This document shows positions 11,308-24,477 of a stretch of 64,000 bases of DNA, piece by piece. The notes under the pieces are model-generated. The model saw only the letters and a list, made by a program, of their open reading frames with translations. It ran no database searches and was not told the DNA's origin. This DNA comes from Macrostomum lignano (Eukaryota): the NCBI GenBank assembly GCA_002269645.1, contig NIVC01002070.1, forward strand, positions 62,001 to 126,000, given 5' to 3'. Positions within the stretch are counted from its first letter, which is position 1. Each line of letters starts with the position of its first letter. The translations under genes and the position numbers were made by a program.

Positions 11308-13781
11308 ATGATGCTTTTTGACTAGAGTTTCTTGGAAGGGTTAGAAAGGTTCGTTAAAAACGACCAAAGTAATGCACAACACATTTTTACTCAAGACTAA
11401 AAACTACTATATTCACAACCATTGGCATTATCCCCAATACCAAATTCTTAACTCATTTGCATGTACTTATAAAGTCAGTAAATCTAAGTAAATAGGGTTC
11501 GTAGAACCGACATATTCAGGATAACTAAATTTCGAAGAAGATAACGGCACACAAAATATCAGGGGCTACATGGGGCTTAATAGCAAACTGGAAGAAAAAA
11601 TAAAATTTATTTGGTGTTAACTTAGGGCTGACAAAATACATTGCTTGCCTGCTTCATTTTCTAAACATGTATTCAATAAACATTAATTTATTGCACATGT
11701 ACACGAGTAACATGTACAGTATACAACAGAATATGTTTTGTTTGTACTATCGATCTTTAATCTCAATTTTAATTGTATCGTGAAATCAGGAGCTTGTTTC
11801 TTTTGGTTGAAAAAAGAATGGGGCTGGTTCCCTATTAAAAGCGGTTCTTAGGATCGGACACGTTTGACAATCTCGACCGCAGGTCACAGAGTCACACATA
11901 ATTATATTCTAATCCCTCGATCCGAACATTTAATACATTTAATTACGTGTGATGATGACTTACTACTGTGAGCTCCACGATGTTAAGGGGTGCAGGGTTT
12001 CGAGTGATTACGCTGCGTATCGATCATTATCGTGCGTAGTAGTTTGTACAGTACAGGTACGCATTGCACGTAGTGTACATTCCCTCGATCAGGCCGTGCT
12101 GGTAAGTGCCACTTGGCCACTACAGCGAGTGGTGTAGCCTCACTCAAAAAACCGTGACGTGACTATCAGATTCAGGAGCATTTATACACAGCCATATTTC
12201 ATATTTGTGCATTGAATCGGTAAATTCGGTCGACTAACAGCGCAATATACATGTAGCTATAGCAGTTTTGATAATAAAGTTGCAAGCAATTCACCAGGCT
12301 TCTTGAAATTTGGTGATCCGAACTCAATAAAGGGCCAAGGGATCATTTTAACTCAGTCCTATTCACATGCACACCTAGGCTTTAAAATGTACTTCGGAAT
12401 TAAAGGAATTCTGCCATATGGTTTTGTAATGAAGCTATAGATTTATGAAGAAAAATACTACTTCTAGCTACTCAGATACTGAGCATGCTAGTCATTTTTT
12501 GATGACTAACCCAATAAGAATAACGAAAAGTTAAGATAAGAAAAAGCATAAAATTATAGGTAACAGTGACTATTATATTATATTATTATTTTGACTATTT
12601 TATTTGAATTACAAATGAACACATAAAGATGTTAATATTCTTCTGCGCAACTCGTGAATATGCAGTATAAATACACCGATCGTTTCGTAGTATAGTTTAA
12701 AGGAAAGAAAAAGTGACTCTTGCAACACGAAACAAGAATGAAAATGCTTCTTCGGCTGATCGGTTTCTAATTGAAAAAACAAAAGCTAGTACGTTACGAT
12801 GCTAAAATATTAATATACACGCAAATTGGAAGGTGCTGATTTTGCTAAATATTTGTTAAAGCATAGAATTGTGCGTATATTGGCAGAATACGCTTAAACT
12901 GAAACGTAAAAAACAAATGAGCGATGCATAAAATGCATTGCAGCCGTTTAATAACAAATGCAGACAGACGGTTGTCCAGTAATCTTGGGGCTTGTACTAT
13001 AGCTATGCCTGTTTCCTGAGCACTTGGAAATACGAGTTACTTTGGTGGCTGTTTCGCTTTCGGATGCTTAATAACATAATCGTACTGTAATGTACAGAAT
13101 CTTAATCAGGATAGGATCTGACAGGGGCCGTAAGCAAATTCTCAATGAATTTATTATCCAAATTTCAAAACAGTGAAGCAGCCCAATGTGTTTAGCAGAG
13201 AACGTGGAGAACAGACAGCTTATCAAAACAGTAGAGGCGTTGCTTTTTTTAAAGCAAAACGTTTCAAATAAACAAGCTAATAGCATGGAAGCAGCGCAAG
13301 TCGATTATTGCACATGCAAGGCAACCAGAGAAAAAATGGTTAGATTTTATTAAAACACAAACGCTTATTAATGAGTAGGCTCAACAGCTTGTGAAAAACT
13401 GGAGTAGATATTCAGATGAAAATAAAATTAACAGCCAAAGCATAGCTGAAGAGAGCTTGGCCGATTATTACAAGCCAATCGCTTAAAAATAAAATACAAT
13501 CGGACTACGAGCGTAGCAGCGCACAGTGCATGGCCTGGACTTCTCTAGAGCATTCTGTACGCAGTTTAAATAAATAAAAGTAAATTTTATCCACACGCAC
13601 TACTGGACTACTGAGTTGAGTAGTTTGCCAGTAAATGCTCAAGCTACAGACATGCACGCTGCTACACGCTAAAACAGTGAGCCTCTCTTTAAAAAAAGCG
13701 AGCAAAACAAACGAACAAATTAAATACCTGACGGCAAATTTACGCAACAGTTACTGACCAAATCAGCGTCGCACACCGGCT

Positions 13782-16700
13782 TCACAGGTAAAACAGCCGA
13801 TCGCAGATAGCCTCAGCTGGCTCTGTGGCAATATTCTGGCCCACCATATAGACCAGTTTGTGCGCGTACTGGCACGGGGCGGGCACGCGGATTGAGCCGG
13901 CCCAGTTGTAGTACAGATGGCAGCTCCGGAATGTGAGCTGCTGAATCTCATCAACTGGAATGTCGCCAGCGCACTCGACCACGATGTAATGAGTTGGCGT
14001 GACCGTGCCCTGGGTTACATGCTGAGGCACGAGAAAGAAGTCCATCATCTCGGGCCGTGTGATGGAGTGGTCGAGCACAGTGCCTGCGGGGCGAGTGGGA
14101 GAATAGAAGTGGCTTAGAGCGAACAGGGCAATATTTGGAGAATTTCTCTGGGCAATATTTGGAGAATTTCTCTGGATAATGTTTGGAGAATTTCTCTGGA
14201 TAATATTTGGAGAATTTCTGAAGGCAATATATGGAGAATTTTTCTGAATTTGGAGAATTTTTCAGGGCAGTATTTGGAGAATATCTCAGGTGCAATATTA
14301 GGAGAATTTCTTAGGGCAATATTTGGAGAATTTCTCTGGTTAATATTTGGAGAATTTTTCTGGATAATATTTGGAGAATTTCTCTGGTTAATATTTGGAG
14401 GATTTCTCTGGTTAATATTTGGAGGATTTCTCAGGGCAATATTTGGAGAATTTTAAATTCATCAGAGGTCAGCCATGCCGCAATTCTTAAAAAAACATTT
14501 TCTTTACAATTTAGGGCAACGTTTATAAAACAGTGACAAGCTAAGGTAGGCTTCAGGATGTTGCTATCAAAATAGTTGAAGTGCATCATCATACCTGGCG
14601 GCGGATTTGAAAAGTTGTTGCCCTGAAGCAGGAACAGGCGCTGGTTGATCCTCTTCTGGACAACCATAAACACCAGCTTGGGCCGGTAGCTCGGGTCGTA
14701 GCCTCGGATAGCGGCATATATAGCCTTGACTTCTTGCTGCTGCACTTCGCCGATCTGCTTATCGGAAACGCCGTCGCGAAAGACAAAGATGACGTTGGGC
14801 GGAGCGCCGACAGTCTGCATGTATTTTGCTATCTGGCTTTGCACAATAACACGCATCGAGTCCAGGATCTCCTGTCCATGGCGCTGGGTGGCAACTCGCG
14901 AGTACCAGCGAGTGCAGGCCTGGTCCACAGAGGCTACTATGCCAGTGTAGGACGTGGTGCGCGCTTTGTCGGCGTGGTAGACATCAATTCCGAGCATCTG
15001 TGAGAGCGAATGAGGATGGGAATTGGATTCCTTATAACTAGAAATAAGCGTCACATGGTGGATAGTGTCATTTGACTGCTAATGGCTTGGCTGTCCACAA
15101 TCTAGGTTTGGGTTGGGGTTAGAGTAAAGGTTCATGTTTAGGTTAGGGTTTGGAATTAGGTTAAGTTTAATTATACATGCGCAACACCCGGCCAATTCAG
15201 CTAGGTGGCGAGAGGTCTGGCCAAGGTTAGTCGCAGAAACGCCGACCCAAAGAGAACAGTAGTAATAATCAGATGACGAGGCATTTTGCCTTAATAATAC
15301 AGTTATAGTTACTCCCACCGTTTACTTAAAATTACGTTAGTTTCTTTCATAGGTGCAGTTTTGGTAAAAAAGTAAGTTGCACGGCTGGGTGGAATCTCTA
15401 AGTTGGGCATGTATGGTTTTAATACTAGAGTTAGGTTTAAGGTTAGAGATAGATTGGCAGTCTAATGTCATGGGCAGTTAATTGTCGTAGACCCGCTATA
15501 TAGATAGTATGCTGATTCTCAAGCATTTGGAAGTCCCATCGGCCCAAAGTTGAAACCCGCTATGTCCCATCGAATTATTCTACGCTTTTAAGCTCTTGAA
15601 TCGCGGAAAGTTTGCAGGGTGTGCAATAAAAATTAGCTAAATCTGCAGTAGGAATTTTGCTCACCATGAATCGATCGTAGGGAATTTCGATGCCCCACAG
15701 GGCGCCGCCAAGCTTGACGTTAATCTGAGCGGCAACGTTGACGGCCACGCTGCCCATCTTCTTGGGGTCGCCGATAGTCTTGGTCCACAGGCACTGGCTG
15801 GGGACCACCAGCTCGGTGCAGCACAGTCTCTTCACCATGTTATATCGTTCCTCGCGCTGAGAGGTGAACACGGCGCAGACCAGATTCAGGTCCGTGGTGA
15901 AGTGCTGCTTGATGGCCTGCTGGTACTGACCGGAGCTGTCATTCGGCAGGGCTACGGTGCTGGGCTGGGCAACTGTGATGCCCATGGCGCGGCATTTCTT
16001 CATCATGGTCTCGCAGAACGAGGCGATGGTCCGCTCCTCCCTGGCCGGATAGACCACCAGCCACTTCAGCAGCTTGCCGTCAATCAGCACCCGGTTGTCG
16101 GCCAGGGCCCGCTTGAACTCGCTGGTCTGGCCGACCGGCACGGGGGCGAATGGGCCGCGGCCTCCGCCTCCGAACAGCACCCGCTCGTTGACAAAGCGGC
16201 GGGCGGGCACCACCTCCGGCTCCTCCAGCAGGCGCAGGCCCCAGGCGTCCAGCAGCTGGCGACACTCCGGCCGGTTGTTGATGGTCTGGACGAATTTGCG
16301 CAGCTCCATCAGGCGGCGGTCCGGGGACAGCTGAATGGAGAAGGTTGGAGAATTTAAAGTACAAACGAATTCTGGTGCCGCAGGAGCCTTTCTCAACTCA
16401 GACTCAACTATCATGGGAACAAAACACAGCAATGCCACTAACCTTGGTGAACTTGGCCAGGTCGCGCATAAGGCGAAAGTCTCGCCGCATCGCATCGGTT
16501 AGGCCGGTGACGTAGCAAAGCTCGGGCACCAGACAGATCTGGCGCTGTTCTAGAGTTTTGCCGTCCTTGCCGCGGACAGGCTTGGACCGGCTAATTAGCA
16601 GAGGCTGCTGCGGATCCTGGATCTCAATGTTGTACGCTTGTCTATAATAATCTAGGAACGACATCTGTGTGCCATTCCGCTCAAACGTGTGCGTGCAGTC

Positions 16701-17876
16701 CATTGAAGTCTCTACCTGGTCAACGCGCATGATCTTATTATTGTAGCGGGTCACAACCGACGTGCCAACAATGGCGTCTGTCATGTTGGAGAGGCTCGTC
16801 CCGACAGACTGGAACAAGTCGTAGACAGTCTGAGAGCGCACTACTCGGTGGCTGGACTCGATCATGAGGCGGAGGCCGCCGTCAACGTGGCTCACGGAGG
16901 TGATGTAGCCAGGCCAGACCTGCAGGAAAAATATTAAATCAATTAAACAGGATTTTATAATAAATTAAAAAATTCTAAAACAACTCACCTCCATTTGGTG
17001 ACCAGGGACTCGTTCGCCAGCGTGCGGATTATAATAATGTCTACGGACTTCAATCAGGTCCATCCGAGCTTGAATAGAGCGAAAAATAATGTTGTAGACG
17101 CTGGGCAGGCTGGATAGGGTAGCCGTGCCAACTAGTTGCAACTGCACCGCAACTCTCATGTTGCCCGAGGCGGCCTGGTAAACGGCGCTCTCCCTGGGCA
17201 GAGGCCTGTTAGTGTACAAACTGTTCCCGGACGGAACTCGGCCAGGAATCTTCTGGAACTCCGGATCCTGGATAGACAGTACCAGCCTGTCCCGCTGCAT
17301 CCTGGAGTCGACACTGGGGTTGAAGGTGATGCTGTACTGATACACCATCGTGTCCGCTCCTTCAACGCGCAGAAAATTAGTCCCAACAGTGACTCGCTGG
17401 CCAGTCTTGCCAGTCTTGTCTTCCGGACCGACGCGTCCGATTTGAGGTCGCCGGGTCCGCTCAGGCCGAGCCGCGGCGGCCGCCGGATGCTGGGTAGGCG
17501 CGCCCTGAACGCTCATGCGGCTCATTGCCTCTGGCAGAGCGGCGGTCGCTGCTGCCGCGGCAGGGGGGACTCCGCCACGGCCAAAGCCGCGACCAAACGT
17601 GGAAGCGGCTGATGGAACGGCGCCGCCAGTAGCCGCCGAGTCTCCACTTGGCTGTGGAACGGCGCCCCGGCCGAATGCGGAGATGCCGCGTCCAAACGCA
17701 GGCGCAGCGGGTCCAGGCGTGGCAGCTGCCGACACGCCAGCTTCCTGAGGCGCTGCAGTAGACCTGGCCCGGCCTATAGAGGGCTGCTGGGCAGCAGCAC
17801 TAGGGTTAGAAGTGTCTGACTCCTTAGCCAGCCCGATAAGCAGGCCACGACCAAGCTGGCCGCGTCCAAAGCTCAT
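13782..17876 (-). CDS. piwi: PIWI-clade Argonaute, 911 aa; exons 17876-16989, 16919-16443, 16330-15665, 14997-14595, 14083-13782
   Basis: N-terminal GRG repeats; G..G....V.TNF; VWPGYITS; PAZ domain (VVTRYNNK, SFLDYY, QPLLIS, LVPELCYVTGLTD); MID domain (RYNMVK, PSQC, QINVKLGG); PIWI domain (GIDVYH, FRDGV, VVQKRIN.R, PGTVLD, YYNWAGSIRVPAPCQYAHKL); C-terminus DRLFYL*. All four introns are GT-AG with phases 0,0,0,1 giving one frame. The specific paralog is not assignable. Confidence 0.97.
14125..14455. repeat. About 22-bp tandem repeat in piwi intron 4, about 14 copies
   Basis: Unit approximately GCAATATTTGGAGAATTTCTCT. Confidence 0.9.
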
Positions 17877-20800
17877 TTTTTAGTTAAAGAAGACTATTAA
17901 GCGTTCAGTTCAAAGCAGTTCAGCAGTTTAAAAGCAGAACTGTGCAGAACAATGCATTCATGCAAGCAAAAAAACTTATAAAATTAGGTGCTTATAAATA
18001 GCTTGACTGAAAAAAAGACCATGTGAATACACTGTAAACTAATTATCCTGCACTATTGCAATTGAGAATACTATGACCAAAGCTGTTACTAATGTCAAGC
18101 AGTATTTGGAATAACTTAGATAAGGCATTATTTGCAGGGACTGGACTTTAAAGAGGGTCTTGTGACTTACAAATATGCATGAAAAGGCAGATTTGAACAA
18201 AGTGGATGTTTTGCAATCAAACTTTTTAATATAATATAATATACTGAAATGCAACTTTCAATTGATTACAAAGTGCAAGTTGTAAGTCATGCAACTGTCA
18301 CAACAAACAAGGTAATATTTGAACAAATTTAAAAGCAAAACTGAAATTTGTGAATTGGGGATTCAGCATTGGCAATTTGGCAATGGCATAATAGCAAAAA
18401 ATCATTATGCCATTTTGGCATAACAGCATTAAAATCATTATGCCATTTTTAATTTTGACATGTCATGGTATGCCTAAGACACAAAAAACCCAGACTGAAA
18501 CCATGGTAAGCCATCTATTTTTATACTTATAACTACTGTTTGTTATTGCTTTTTTACCTATATGACTACTAGTAAACCAGTTTTACTAGTTGGTTGGAAA
18601 TTAATAATCTATTACCAATCTTTTCATTGAATCTATTATAACATTGATCTTTTAACTGAATAGACTATAATTTTCAAAAGAATAATTAAACATGTGGAAG
18701 TAAATTTATATGGCAAAGTTGAGTATTTGCAAAAAACTTCATTTTTACTAAAATTTGCCTTTTAAGTTTCACAAATACATATTGGCAAATCATGGCACCC
18801 TCACGAAGGCTTTATGGCTATTATTTATAATAGTTATTATAATAACAATAATACAATGATTGCTAATAGGGCATAATAAATGTCTACTTATAATTTTATA
18901 AGACTAAGCCTAAGACTAAATGAATGAATAGCAAAGAATAACTATAATCATCTTAAGATAGTTAAATGTCATAATCTAATTAATGATATGAAAATACCTA
19001 AGAAGACTATGCCAATACTTTAAGGGTCAATGACAATTCATTAGGTTTATTTATGATAACAAGACTAGACCACTCTAATGTTTAATTAAAAACACTTGTT
19101 ATTTGCATAATGCCATGTAAATATTGCTAGTGTTACTTATTCAATATTGTATAAATAATACTATCACTATTTATACAGTAACTAACATAAATACTAGTAT
19201 AATATATGGTAATATATTTAAACTATAGTCTAGTTACATTGATTTACCATAGTCTATCATTTTAAAGGCAAATGTTTCTAATTTTTTGTAAATACCCTTT
19301 TTGACTTTGCATAATTAATATTATTAACAAGCACTAAGTTATAAATAGACATAAATGGTTTCCAGTTCATTTGTCTATTAAGAAAAAGGGGAGAAAGAAA
19401 AGGAATGGGATAAAAAATACTTAACAATACCTTTGTTAATATTGTTAAAACACTATAAGTTCTATAATTTTAACAAACTATTTCAAGATATACAAGTAAT
19501 ATCTAGACAATAGAAAGAACTTGATAAACTTGATTAAAAATATCAATAATTTGTTTCTTTTTCAATAATTCTCAAACACAAGAAAATATGTTATTTTAAA
19601 TCTATAGTTGTTATATATTATTCTTCATTTATTTTAAACCTTTTTCTCTAATAGCATGTCTAAACTAGGCCTAGTCTATAGTTTTGATTGTAGATTAGTA
19701 TATATTAATTCCGGTCACCTTGTTGGTATGCTAGAACTAAAAAATGAATTAACTATATACTTCAAATTCAAAGTTGTAGACTTTAAAAATGCATCTTTTT
19801 ACTTTTGCTCTTTTCAAAATGAATTTATTATTCATTTAGAATAACAAACTTAAATATCATGCACTTTTGCAACATTTATAAAAAAATAAATATAAGAGAA
19901 AAATTTGCATATTAGATAGGCCTATACATTGATATATATATATATCAATATATATTTGTTATATGCCAGGAAATCTTGGTATATATAATGTTTTCCAAAT
20001 GATAAGGCCTAGTATAAATTATTATATTCAAAGAAACTAACCTTTGCAACACTTTAATCAACAAAAAGATTGTTGAATAGCCTTATTTTATACTTAGAAG
20101 AATAAAAATATTTATTAGGCCTATTTTAGCATATTTTTTGATACATTGTGCATAAAGCTTTAATTTGTATGCCAAAGCCTATATTCATTTATTGACATGT
20201 AGGCCTATAGCTAGAATATTAATGTGTAATTTTAAAAATACTTAAAATCTAATAAATCTGGATTAAATCAAAAATTAAAATAATAAATAAATTTTCTATA
20301 CCTTTTGTAGGCATTTTTTAAATTTAAAACTATGCTTTATTTTACTTTATATTGTCAATGAAAACTGTCAAAAAATCAATTAAAGCTTTAAAATAATAGT
20401 AAAATGCTATTTTGAATTAAACTATTTATTTTTAGATTATTAAGCCCTATGTTTTAGGTAACCCATTGTGAGCTAAATTTTTCTGATTAGCTTTTGCTTG
20501 GCCTATATATGCTAGGCCTACTATGCATTAAATTAAAAATTTTCTACTAGACTTTTATTGTATTCCATTTGTGCTATTTTGCATATTTTTTTTATTTATA
20601 TGTACATTGCACTGGAATTTTTTGCTATAATGTATACCTTCCTGAGTATGTCTCCTATCTTACTCTACATTTACACCCCCATTTCCCCATTTCAGAACTA
20701 GTTAGCGATTAGATTGATAAGGAAAGGTCTGTAGTGTAAAAACTAAGTACATACGTCATAAAGTGACTGTTTCAGAATACATCACATCACCATGGCATAC

Positions 20801-21327
20801 GATAAATATTTTTATATATTATAAAAGCAAATAAAATTGGACTAAAAAGAAAAACTCTAAAAATAGCGTATGCCAGCTAATAAAAGCAGTTAGGACACAG
20901 TCTAACTGTGCGATTTCGTGACACGTAGCCAACACAGAGCTAGAAACAGTTCTGTGCTGAGCCAGCGAATTAGCGAATATTTCTACAGGCTGTTATTTAA
21001 TACGAACGAATAAGAACTGAGCAAACCAAAGTATTTTACACTCAGTAAAACAATGTTAAATTATTTTTTTTCTTTTTTTTCTACTGACAAGTGCTTCTGT
21101 TAGAAACAGGCTAAAAAGCAAAAAAACTTTTGTCTATAAAACAACTGCTCATTATTTTAAAGACCCGAAGAGTATCAAAGAGAACTTTATATCCTTTGAT
21201 ACAAGCAAAGTTCGGCAAGCAGACTTCGGCAAGCAAATTTCCGCAAGCAAATTTCATAGACCCATTATCTCAGTTACCAATGCAAGAAGAAGCTAGCTAG
21301 AGAATTAAATTATAGAACAGGGGTAAC

Positions 21328-21690
21328 CAGGGGCGTCGCCACCGGGGGGGGACGACATGCCCCCCCCCAGTAAAAGTTATGGGAATTGACAATACCAATG
21401 CTTTTGTCCCTCCCCCCCCCACCCAACCTCATGACCCATTATGAAAATCAATAATTTTGCTTCAGGGTGACAAAATATCGTGCCTGCGGCGCGAAAATGA
21501 GTACCTGCGGCGCTAAAAATGAGTGCCTGCGGCGCTAAAATGAGTAGGCGCTAAAATGAGTGCCTGCGGCGCTAAAATGAGTGCCTGCGGCGCCAAATGA
21601 GCGCTGACAACACCGATTCAGAAAGTAATGTACATGTAGAACTCTTGGCTTTGTCCCCCCACCATAAAATCCATATGGCGACGCCCCCTT
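21328..21690. mobile_element. hAT-type MITE, 363 bp
   Basis: TIRs CAGGGGCGTCGCCA / TGGCGACGCCCCCTT. 8-bp TSD GGGGTAAC at 21320-21327 and 21691-21698. Internal short repeats of GAGTGCCTGCGGCGCTAAAAAT. Confidence 0.85.
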
Positions 21691-23756
21691 GGGGTAACTT
21701 AAACTTATAACTTTTTTATCTCAAGGCCCAGATAGAGAACCTAGCGCATGACTGTGGGCCTGAGGAGGGGAGAGAGAATGAAGAGAGATAGGAGAAAGGA
21801 GAGGCGAAGGAATAAAAGAGAAGAGAGGAGAAAAAAGGATAGATGAAATAGGATTTTAGAGAGTGGAGAGCTAGAGGAGAGAGAAGAGATGAGAAGAAGG
21901 GAGAGGAGAGAGGATCGATTTTACAAACCAGAAAGTAGATTTTTACCATCGAGCTAAGCTGTGGCGAATTCAAATAATGAGGCTTTAAGGCGCAAAGCGG
22001 TGGCGATCTTTTGTTTAGTCTTTGTTTGAAATTCAAAATGCCTAATATAGAAAGTGTTTACGTGTACGCGGAAATTTCTCGAAGCTGAGTACAAGTACAA
22101 TAAAGCATCAAAAAATTAAATAGCCATTGCTTAATGGTCTTATAAAGTGCATTTCTGATTGAGATAATCAATGCATGGTTATACATGTACCATTTGGCCC
22201 ATGCTCCATGTGCTTTTAAATGGCAGCTTTCTGTTTGAAAATTTTTCGTATGATCGTATCTAATATCTGAAACATTGAAAAAAGAATAAATTTAATCAGA
22301 TTTATTTAACTCATTTAACTTATTTAAACACGAATCTAAGACCACAGATACGAATATCTAGCTGCGCTATATAATCCCACAGATACTATTCTCATGTTTA
22401 GCTGCTCAGTAGTATGAGCGTGAAAAGCAAAATTTATAGCTCGTAATTAATTGATACATTGAATAATTAATTGCAAAAATAATTAATTGACGTTGTCTAT
22501 ACAATCATAAGTCAAACTTACTTTTTTATTCATTCAGTAAACAAGTAAGACAGAGGACAGAAAATGAGCAATAATATGATTCACACATGCAGTGAAATCA
22601 TAATTACTGCAGTATTGAAAATGAAATGACCTTGTTAATTAAGCTATGAGTCTTCATTTTCTGAGCCACTGCACTCAGATTTCTCATTGCACGACGACCC
22701 TATGCAGTGGTGGTGCAGCCGTAGGTGAGCGAAAGTTTGAAACACTTGATGGAGCACTCGCGTGTGATGCAGCCTGCAGGCAGGCAGTGATACTGCAGTG
22801 CCCGGAGGTGATATACTTCGTACAAACCCAGCTGTCTCATGGCTAAATCATAAAGCTGGTGGTCAGGGCTAAACGCGGCTTCTATCTTCATAAATACAAC
22901 AGCAATAGAGCTACTGGCGGAATGCATGCGAGTAGGTATTGTGCTGGATTTGAGCCCCCTCCCGCAGGTGGGCGGATGTTGCAAGCAAAGAGTTGCACAG
23001 CTGACAGTGAAGAACGCAGCTTCGCTTCCTCGCGATACATGTGCTACATCCATGTCAGTGTTGCCAACAGATCGCCGAGCTGTTTCCGGTATTCGGAAAT
23101 GCGCACGTCTTTGGGGTTGCTATGCGGCGATGGGGTTCCGGCATCTCTGCGATAGATTATACGTGCTGGCTGCAATCAATATTATTGAGTCGCACTGACT
23201 GTGAAGGCCTTGCAAAGGCCCAAAGGCCAATTAGCCTGTCTTTTTCGACAATTGTGTTTCAATTTTTCGGTCGGTGCATGAATCGCACGACTGACGCAAT
23301 GTCAGAAGCAGATCCGTTTGACAATTCTCGACACACGCACCCGCGTCTTGCGACAGATTTTTCGGGCAAGAGAGGCGAACAGTTGCTGAAAAAAATGCAG
23401 CAGTAATTAGCTAGTATTTTTGCACCTCGAGTCGATGCAGGCCTGCATGCTGTCTCTGAAGCTAACCTGTGCCTAACAATTAGGCAGTTGAGTCACGTGT
23501 TCCCTTCTCTGCTCACCAGTTCCGCCTGATTTTGGAGCATTCCGTGAGCAACTGAAGGGTAAGAGTTGAGAAAATATAAAATGCAAAATGGATTTCACAG
23601 TGTTTTACGCTCGCAACACAAGATTACGGTACATATGTCTCCCGTTCTAGACATCTGAACTCCAAAGGAAGCAAGCTGTGTTTCGTTCGTGCGTTTAAAT
23701 GACCTTAATACCGTGCCTCGCATACTGGTTTGTATCTTCATCTGTTCATATCCGTC

Positions 23757-24221
<465 letters not shown>

Positions 24222-24477
24222 TAGCGATTTGAATCCAGATGAAATTAAAGCAACAAATGCTACGAGTACTGATTGCAATGTCAAGACAAGCCAATGCTTG
24301 GATTTCCTTTAACTCTGCGATTGGCCCTCCAGCTGCAGAGCGAATCAAATACGTCGCTTCCGTTAATACAAGCTATTACTATTTATAACGCAGGAGAAAT
24401 CACAGAAGCAGGCAAGAGAGAGTCTGTGAGATCAGACACCGGCTCAGCATCTTGAGGATCAACAGAAATAACTCCAG

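Noticed and set aside
15090-15470. Telomere-like GGGTTAG/GGTTAGGG motifs in piwi intron 3
   Set aside because: Scattered and degenerate, not a (TTAGGG)n tract; probably part of an unclassified repeat.
9803-21690. Idea that piwi plus nearby transposons form a piRNA cluster or defence locus
   Set aside because: The elements are sparse, non-autonomous and not uniformly oriented; proximity alone is not evidence.
22646-23406. Overlapping 66-121 aa ORFs in a moderately GC-rich patch
   Set aside because: No recognisable domain and no consistent splice chain; may be the GPCR promoter or 5' UTR, or a decayed element.
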